The position numbers and the translations under genes are program-made. Under the pieces are notes generated by a model. The model did no database searches and was not told where the DNA came from. It saw only the letters and a list, made by a program, of their open reading frames with translations. DNA of 64,000 bases from Gloeobacterales cyanobacterium (GTDB taxonomy: Bacteria; Cyanobacteriota; Cyanobacteriia; Gloeobacterales; PMM-0068): the NCBI GenBank assembly GCA_038245785.1, contig JBBRSB010000016.1, positions 32,609 to 96,608 of the forward strand, given 5' to 3'. The number at the start of each line of letters is the position of its first letter. Within the stretch, counting starts at the first letter, position 1. Below, in pieces: positions 57,780 to 64,000 of the stretch.

Positions 57780-59318
57780 TTAGCCGTTGTCTAAAATCAT
57801 GTCGCCAGATAAACGTTGATAAAGATGCGCTCCTGTCCAGAATGTGAGAGCAAAGCTCGGATAGCCGGATGAAGCATTGCAGAAATAGAAATGGTTGAGT
57901 GAGGTTTCGTGATTCAACCGCCCTAGACCCATGTTGCGCGGCGTGAGTTTAGAGCCGTAGGAGTTGCCATCTGGGCACCAGCAAAAACGTTCATTGGTGG
58001 TGGGGCTGCCCGTGATATGGAAGACCATATGCTTTCTGAAATCCGGTACATAGTGTTTTTCAACGACATCCAGAATGGAATCCAAGATTTCCTGTTTTTT
58101 CTGGTTGTAGGCTTTGCGATCGCGCGCTTGCAGTTGCTTGAAGTAGTCGTAATTAGCAACGGTAAGGAATTCGACAATTTGACAATCCTCTGGGCAGTCC
58201 CGACTTGCTTCGGTCAATAAAGTGGGCGTTGTAATGGCAAAGCTAGGATTAGAAAAATCATTACGCTCATACATCTGAGCAAAGGCTTCATTCAGATCCT
58301 GATGACCTGTATGGGAGAGATTCCACTTGCCAAATCCATAGTCTCGGAGATCAAGGTCTTTGACAACGCAATAAGCCATGTAGTTGGACGCCGAATATTC
58401 ATAGTTGAGTTTCTGGCGCACGGTTTTGGAGAATTTTTCCTCACCAATCATCTTGGCGGCTTTTTTTGGGTCAATGTTGCAAATCACGGTGTCGCCTGCG
58501 AATTCATGAGTTTGATGGGTGGTTAGATCCATCGCCTCCACTCCCGTGACTGTTCGGTCTGTGACGCTGAAATTCATGACTTCATGGTTGAGCAGTACCT
58601 GCCCTCCGTGTAATTCAATCACTTTGACTAACGAATTGATTACATGCTCAAAATGCTGAGTTGGGTAAAATGCGCCTGCTTGATAGCCTCTAAACAATGC
58701 GACCCAAGCATAGAAAGAGAGCTGATTCGGAGGTAGCAAAAAGTCAGGCCATTGCAGAGCTAAAAGTGTTTGCGCTTCTTGCGGTAGCTGAAACTTATCA
58801 AAGACATCCTGAAGTGTGCTGTTGAGATATTGGACGGCACAAAACGCTTCACCTACATGTTTAAGCAGTTCAATCGGCTTGACTGGAGGAGCGATCTCTT
58901 TCAAGCCTGCGCCAGTCTTTTCGACTTCGTTGACAAATTGGTGAATGCGATCGCCATGCGCGGGAAACAGCGCTGACAATCGCTGGATCAGTTCCTCCGG
59001 TTCTGAAGGAATATCTAAGGCATACCCCGGCATTCGCATATGGTCAAAGCCGTTCGGGTCATACCGCTCAAACGTCACCTCTCGATCCAAGCCCAGCTTT
59101 TTGAGCACCCGATTGACCGTTTGCCCTTCACCGCAGTCCCAGACATAGTGAAATTGGGCATTAAATGTATATTTTTTAGCCATCGTAAATGTATGGCCAA
59201 AGCCTCCTGGATGCTCATGGGCTTCAAGGATTTGCACGGTCTTGCCGGAGCTTGCCATCAACGCACCAAAGACCAGTGCTGATAAACCACTGCCAACAAT
59301 CAGGTAATCCGGTTTCAT
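57780..59318 (-). CDS. Phytoene desaturase-like FAD/NAD(P) oxidoreductase
   Basis: DYLIVGSGL, LEAH..PGG..H.F, SP.TN.RF....G..YG; GGAGGAG RBS before MKPD. Confidence 0.85.
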   Translation of the reverse strand: MKPDYLIVGSGLSALVFGALMASSGKTVQILEAHEHPGGFGHTFTMAKKYTFNAQFHYVWDCGEGQTVNRVLKKLGLDREVTFERYDPNGFDHMRMPGYALDIPSEPEELIQRLSALFPAHGDRIHQFVNEVEKTGAGLKEIAPPVKPIELLKHVGEAFCAVQYLNSTLQDVFDKFQLPQEAQTLLALQWPDFLLPPNQLSFYAWVALFRGYQAGAFYPTQHFEHVINSLVKVIELHGGQVLLNHEVMNFSVTDRTVTGVEAMDLTTHQTHEFAGDTVICNIDPKKAAKMIGEEKFSKTVRQKLNYEYSASNYMAYCVVKDLDLRDYGFGKWNLSHTGHQDLNEAFAQMYERNDFSNPSFAITTPTLLTEASRDCPEDCQIVEFLTVANYDYFKQLQARDRKAYNQKKQEILDSILDVVEKHYVPDFRKHMVFHITGSPTTNERFCWCPDGNSYGSKLTPRNMGLGRLNHETSLNHFYFCNASSGYPSFALTFWTGAHLYQRLSGDMILDNG

Positions 59319-59487
59319 AGAAAGGCTCCTCCAGTGCTTTGAACTCATCTGTAAAACCAATCACAATCAGATCACTCATAATCAATTCCTCGTATTTGAA
59401 TGGTGATTAATAAAGTTCACTCCCCACGCCACAAGCGAAGGTTGAAAAGTCTAAAGGTTGTCTGTTGATCTTGAGCGTCTTACCTTA

Positions 59488-59802
59488 TCAAAGAGCAAGA
59501 CGGTTATAGATCCAGGCGACCAGAGCCGCATATAGCCCTGTTCCCAAAGACCAGGCCAGAAGACCGACAATGAAGTTGCTAGGAGTGACAGGTCGGGCAA
59601 TGTTCGTCAAATCAGCATGAAGGATGTAATTGAAGAAGGCCATCGTTGCCTGCGGTGCTACAGCAAGCGCCAGAACACAAGCAGTGAAGAATACGCCTGA
59701 AATGATTGCTGTAGAAGCAAAGAGCGATCGCGGATTCAACGTCGCAACCACTTGATTGCGATTGGAACGAGGTTGTTCGTTATGGTAAGAACTAGTGGTC
59801 AT
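59488..59802 (-). CDS. Small membrane protein (DUF5676-like)
   Basis: C.L.....P......F..I.H.D; C-terminal YNRL. Confidence 0.7.
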   Translation of the reverse strand: MTTSSYHNEQPRSNRNQVVATLNPRSLFASTAIISGVFFTACVLALAVAPQATMAFFNYILHADLTNIARPVTPSNFIVGLLAWSLGTGLYAALVAWIYNRLAL

Positions 59803-60475
59803 GGAGTGACTCCTTTGAATCGAATGATTTTTTCTGAGTAGTAGGACACCAAGGGAAAAAGGCAGGGGTTTCTGCGGCATAGTGGGCATACTCCTCACCA
59901 AAGTCTGCTAGGGCTTCCCGTTCTTCTTGACGTGCTAGACGTGTATACATAAACACCAGAATTGGAAACATTAACAAGGTCAAAATGGTAGGCCATTGCA
60001 ACAGGAATCCCAGCATGATGATGATGAACGAAACATATTGAGGATGGCGAATGGTGGCATAGGGACCAGACGTCGCCAGAGTATGACTTTGCTGCGCTTT
60101 ATAGAGGACATCCCAGGCAGAAGCAAGGTAGATGAATCCTCCAAAAATCAGGATGTTGCTAAGGATGTGCAGGAAGTTGAAGTGGGGGTTGCCCTGAATG
60201 CCCAACAAGGTCCACCAGAGATGTCCGGCATCGTGAGACAGCAGATCCAGCTGCGGGTACTGCCGTTGTAACCAGCCAGATAACAGATATACGGTAAGCG
60301 GAAAGCCATACATCTCGGTGAATAAGGCGACGATGAAGGCAGAGAATGCTCCAAACGATCGCCAGTCGCGAGGGCTTTTGGGTTTCGTAAAACTAAATGC
60401 AAAAATAATAAACACGAGAGAATTAATAATTACCAGTGTCCATAAACCATAGGCAGGAGGCATATTTGGCATCAC
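59792..60475 (-). CDS. Isoprenylcysteine carboxyl methyltransferase family membrane protein
   Basis: ALF.EMYGFPLT, GPYA.IRHPQY, EE.....FG.EY..Y....PAF. Confidence 0.9.
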   Translation of the reverse strand: MMPNMPPAYGLWTLVIINSLVFIIFAFSFTKPKSPRDWRSFGAFSAFIVALFTEMYGFPLTVYLLSGWLQRQYPQLDLLSHDAGHLWWTLLGIQGNPHFNFLHILSNILIFGGFIYLASAWDVLYKAQQSHTLATSGPYATIRHPQYVSFIIIMLGFLLQWPTILTLLMFPILVFMYTRLARQEEREALADFGEEYAHYAAETPAFFPWCPTTQKKSFDSKESLHDH

Positions 60476-60981
60476 GAAATCTCCTTGTTTTGGAGTGAGT
60501 TGTTATTGCTCCCACTGCCAGATTGGTCTTCTCCACCACCATGTCCGCCATGCATGAAAAGGTGCATGAATGGGCAAAGCAGGAGAAAGGCCCAGGGGAG
60601 CAAGGGAATCACATGTGCTCGGTGTTCAGTAATCAGAAAAAAGGCAATGATTCCCAGGAAAACATAGAGCGTGATTTTAGAAGGGGACTCCCACCAAGCG
60701 TTAGTGGGGTCTTTCGCCATCTTGCCTGGAGCCCTTGCAACAGTGGTTCTACCTCCATGTGCAGGCCTGTCGTGGATGGCCGCCCCATACTCTTGATGTC
60801 CGTCTGTTGCCGTCCCATCTTGATGATTACTAAGCGTAGCTTCTGACTCAAAGGTGCGCTGGCATTGTGAACTGCAAAAGTAGTAAGTCTTCCCACCCCG
60901 CTCCAACTTGATCGCCGTTGCTTTGGATACCGTCATGCCACAGACCGGATCTTGCGCCAAATTGTCTTGTGTAACTGTCAT
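60472..60981 (-). CDS. YHS domain / DUF2933 fusion protein
   Basis: DPVCGM.V...YYFCS..C; EH.AH...LP...LLCP.MHLFMHGGHG. Confidence 0.88.
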   Translation of the reverse strand: MTVTQDNLAQDPVCGMTVSKATAIKLERGGKTYYFCSSQCQRTFESEATLSNHQDGTATDGHQEYGAAIHDRPAHGGRTTVARAPGKMAKDPTNAWWESPSKITLYVFLGIIAFFLITEHRAHVIPLLPWAFLLLCPFMHLFMHGGHGGGEDQSGSGSNNNSLQNKEIS

Positions 60982-61017
60982 GTGTGAGCTCCCGCGATAA
61001 AAACGTTGTAGCGATCA

Positions 61018-61245
61018 CTAACCCTCTTGCATAAGGTCCATCAGAGGCACTCCCCGATTAAGATATTTCTTCATAATCGAAACCACTAAACGCAGATTGG
61101 CCTGCACTAATTTACTTTTGGCTTGTTCTGCGCTTGGTCCTCCCTAGGCAATTTGGTGAGCTAAAACTACTTCCTCTTCTGGTTACAGAAGGGGAATCCT
61201 ATTGATTTCTCTTAAGTAGAGTCTTACCGAGTCTTTCTTTTCCAT
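61018..61245 (-). pseudogene. RpoD/SigA-type sigma factor remnant (regions 1.2-2.2)
   Basis: [68 protein letters not shown]. Confidence 0.88.
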
Positions 61246-61670
61246 GTGCTTCTTCCTCTGCTATCAGCTTTGCCTTTTATTCATCTGCCCCTAGAAGCTA
61301 GGATAAGAACCAAAAATGAGGAACTTGTGAAGTTACTAAAATGCTCTTATTAGCAGTAGGCAGATAAGCTGTATCTCACATTGAGTAGGGAAGAGCCAGC
61401 TAGACAGTTTTTCTTTTGAGTCTGCCCATTCCACTTCTACTTGTAATGATTGATAGGCGAAGGAGAGACTGCAAGAAAAAAGACAAAAATGGAACTATTT
61501 TTAGGTTCCTATATTGTTATAACTATTTCCACATCTACATCTTAGATAGAAGTTTTATTGATGTCCAATATCTTTTAGGATGATGAGCAATACTTTAAAA
61601 GTATTAATCTTTAAAATCTTAATCACTGACAGTTATGATGCTGTAGCATTTCGCGTAACGATTCCTCCAT

Positions 61671-61916
61671 CTAGAGGTCATTTTCATGCGTGATTTGGTG
61701 AGCAATTTCCCGCACAATTTCAAGAAAAATGGGCACCATTGATGATGGGTTTTCTTGCCGCCAAGCGATCGCCAACTCCAGTTTCTTCGGCGGAGGTTGT
61801 AGCACTCGATAGACGACGTGCGATCGCTGTAAATTCTTGACGGAAGCCGGTAAGAGTGCAATCCCCAACCCGGCTGCCACAAACCCCAAGATGCTCTGCA
61901 ACTCCTGGGTTTCTTG
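61671..61916 (-). pseudogene. LysR substrate-binding domain C-terminal remnant
   Basis: ILGFVAAGLGIALLPAS...VVYR.L...ELAIAWR; no HTH domain. Confidence 0.8.
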
Positions 61917-62010
61917 GGTGAGCCTGGGCGCGGTCTACAGTTAGTAATCCTATTAAGGCACCACTTGTTAGTATGCTTAAAAAACTATAGCTGATGGTCT
62001 TTTTATTCAT
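61917..62010 (-). pseudogene. Orphan signal-peptide fragment (possibly CopM-like 5' end)
   Basis: MNKKTISYSFLSILTSGALIGLLTVDRAQAH, running out of frame into LysR DNA. Confidence 0.45.
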
Positions 62011-62138
62011 GGCTTTACCTGCTTAAGAAATATGACTCGGCTTCATTCAATGAGTTGGCAAAAGAATTGACACTGCCGTATGTGTAACTCCTATGGAAAG
62101 TAACACTAAACAGAATCATACTTTAGCTAAGGGATATC

Positions 62139-62663
62139 TTATTTAAGAAATACATAACGATATCCTAGGAAAATTGGATGGCTAAACGTCTCTATTGGAT
62201 CAGAATGCCTTACTGACACTTCAAAAGGGTGGTAGGGATTGTACGACGCTCTGGAAGGATTGGTAAGGTGATCGAAGTACACTTTCATCTCAGTAGCTCC
62301 CGTGATCGGTTTTTCTAAGCTGATCGTGACTTTCTGACCTTCAATCTGAACATTTTGAGGTCGAACTCTATCTCCTCTTTCGCGTTCGCCAAAAGCTAAC
62401 CAGACATTATTGACTTTAGGCGTCTGCATTCCTTCAGGAAACAGGACTTCTACCTGGTTTAAGCCTCTTTCCCCAGGGGACGTTACCACATGCAAATGGT
62501 AATTACTAAGGATGGCCCCTGCACGATATTTTGTGGCAGATAAATTACCTAGTTGCGGGGGAGAAGTAGCAAAGGTTGCTGTACTTATTCCTACCATGAT
62601 AGCTGTAGCTATCACTATTCTTTTGATGAAGTTTGTTGCCGTTTTGAGCATGACATTAACCAA
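62139..62663 (-). CDS. Secreted DUF2808-like protein
   Basis: Signal peptide; Y.L.V....L..V.V..P...V.I....P...TNP...F.V....FLGY. Confidence 0.55.
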   Translation of the reverse strand: MVNVMLKTATNFIKRIVIATAIMVGISTATFATSPPQLGNLSATKYRAGAILSNYHLHVVTSPGERGLNQVEVLFPEGMQTPKVNNVWLAFGERERGDRVRPQNVQIEGQKVTISLEKPITGATEMKVYFDHLTNPSRASYNPYHPFEVSVRHSDPIETFSHPIFLGYRYVFLK

Positions 62664-62674
62664 AATCTTGATTT

Positions 62675-62884
62675 TTATTTCTGAGGTTGTGAAGAATTGC
62701 TTGGTGAACTAACTGGCTGAGGACTAAAACGACTTAACCACCACCCTAGACCTCCTCCTGTAATCAAGGAAAAAGCAATCACGGCAACACAGCAAGCTAC
62801 CATCATTCCCATCATCATATTCATTCCAGACATCCAAGATCCTTGCGGATGCTCTTCCAATTTTCCTGGTTCTTTCCTATTCAT
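62675..62884 (-). CDS. Small Met/Cys-rich membrane protein
   Basis: MSGMNMMMGMMVACC followed by a TM helix; GGAGG RBS. Confidence 0.7.
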   Translation of the reverse strand: MNRKEPGKLEEHPQGSWMSGMNMMMGMMVACCVAVIAFSLITGGGLGWWLSRFSPQPVSSPSNSSQPQK

Positions 62885-62925
62885 TTTTTAATCCTCCATC
62901 TCGATTGATTTGTTTTATGTGCGGG

Positions 62926-63120
62926 TTAACCAGCGAGATAACCCGCCTTGGCGATCGCCTCTTTGATTGCTATTTCGGAAGCTTGAGTTTCCACTAATAC
63001 AATTTTGGTTCTTGGATCACCTTGGACGATGGCATGAGCATCGACTGTCTTAACTGCCTTGGTGATGGTGCTTACACAACCACCACAGGTCATTTCGGGG
63101 ACTTTTAGCTGTAGTTTCAT
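62926..63120 (-). CDS. copZ: Copper chaperone, copy 2
   Basis: MTCGGC; near-identical to 53476-53670. Confidence 0.9.
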   Translation of the reverse strand: MKLQLKVPEMTCGGCVSTITKAVKTVDAHAIVQGDPRTKIVLVETQASEIAIKEAIAKAGYLAG

Positions 63121-63193
63121 GGTTTCAAATGGTTACTCCTAAGTGATCTAAGTACTAGGGACAGAAAAGAAATGGGTCGAAGGGTGGGAGAGT

Positions 63194-63319
63194 AAGGCTT
63201 CCTGGATGCTCATAGGCTTCGAGGATTTACACGGGTTTGCTGGGATTTTCAATCAAAACACCAAATGCTAATGCTGCAATTGGGGCAACAGCGATTTACT
63301 GATAATCCCCGGCCATCAT
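63194..63319 (-). pseudogene. Degenerate 5' fragment paralogous to the oxidoreductase at 57780-59318
   Basis: MMAGDYQ*IAVAPIAALAFGVLIENPSKPV*ILEAYEHPGS versus MKPDYLIVGSGLSALVFGALMASSGKTVQILEAHEHPGG. Confidence 0.75.
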
Positions 63320-63323
63320 CTTT

Positions 63324-64000
63324 TTAAGGTGTTGGAGAAGATTGATACCAAGCCTGATACCACTGTTGCATCTGAGCAATCTCAGCATTCTGGCTATCAA
63401 TAATCGACTGAGCCAACTTACGAATTTCAGGGCGACGGCTGTTGGCAAGGGTCATCGAAGACATCATCACGGCCATCTGGTGGTGAGGAATCATCTGCTG
63501 TATGAATGTTTGATCAAAGTTTGTTGCATTTTGCAAGGCGGAGAGGTCTGTACCCATCTGCCCCATTCCCATCCCCATCCCTGCTGGACCGCCCATCTGT
63601 CCCATTCCCATGCCCGGACCTGAGTGCGGCTGTGCATTATTACCTGGCTGCTGTCGAGCCTGACTACTCCAGCCCCAACCCTTGCCGGGACCCCAGGCCG
63701 GGACCTCTGCTCCGTACCACTGCTTATACCAAGTTTGCATCTGCTGAATCTCTCGTGTTTGGCTGGTTTTAATAGCTTCAGCAAGTTTTTTGATCTCAGG
63801 ATGTTGGGCTCGACTGAGGGCAAGGTCTGCCATGGCCACAGCTCCCTCATGATGAGGAATCATCATCACAATAAAGTGCTGATCGGACTGTCCCATCATT
63901 CCCTGTCGATAGGGAGCAATAGCCACCTTATCTTGAGGAGAATTTGCTTGGGGCTGTGCCTGGATGCTACTCGCTGTGAGGAATTCAGTAGCGATCAGTA
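63324..64000 (-). CDS. copM: DUF305 copper-binding protein (CopM-like), 5'-truncated by the window edge
   Basis: Two D..F...MIPHH..AV.M...HPE/RPE.K.LA..I..SQ..EI.QM..W units; frame open to the window end. Confidence 0.85.
   Translation of the reverse strand, partial: LIATEFLTASSIQAQPQANSPQDKVAIAPYRQGMMGQSDQHFIVMMIPHHEGAVAMADLALSRAQHPEIKKLAEAIKTSQTREIQQMQTWYKQWYGAEVPAWGPGKGWGWSSQARQQPGNNAQPHSGPGMGMGQMGGPAGMGMGMGQMGTDLSALQNATNFDQTFIQQMIPHHQMAVMMSSMTLANSRRPEIRKLAQSIIDSQNAEIAQMQQWYQAWYQSSPTP

Larger units (their letters stand above)
45481..64000. other. Copper homeostasis genomic island (runs off the right edge of the window)
   Basis: Clustered Cu genes, gene remnants, internal duplication and HIP1 enrichment; no integrase in the window. 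Confidence 0.75.

Noticed and set aside
63553..63615. GMGMGQMG tandem repeat
   Set aside because: Ordinary Met/Gly-rich linker of DUF305 proteins, not an independent DNA repeat

Overview
Cyanobacterial chromosomal DNA; the host is possibly deep-branching, since I found no HIP1 octamer GCGATCGC in the first ~51 kb. Positions 1-45.4 kb are mostly housekeeping genes (ribBA, glsF, nblB-like, exbBD, cobA-hemD, rsmI, fur/zur, proB, glcD, fabF, glnB, nadK, RHH-ycf46-ycf35) interrupted by small accessory islets. These are: a mazF-type toxin-antitoxin (TA) pair; a vapBC/kinase/Rpn islet; a 2.6-kb segment with three REP doublets, an amino-acid permease and a frameshifted GIY-YIG nuclease; and an addiction-module toxin gene split by an integron-type attC cassette carrying a small protein plus a retropepsin-like protease. 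Positions 45.5-64 kb are a copper-homeostasis island (two P1B ATPases, two copZ, Csp3-like, CopM-like, cupredoxin, flavodoxin and several gene remnants). It holds 10 HIP1 sites, which suggests acquisition from a HIP1-rich cyanobacterium. The strongest novel signals are the REP/GIY-YIG element with a covarying nested 57-bp structured insert, the solitary attC cassette, the candidate intragenic Rpn antitoxin and the HIP1 contrast. All calls were made by eye; no database searches were run.
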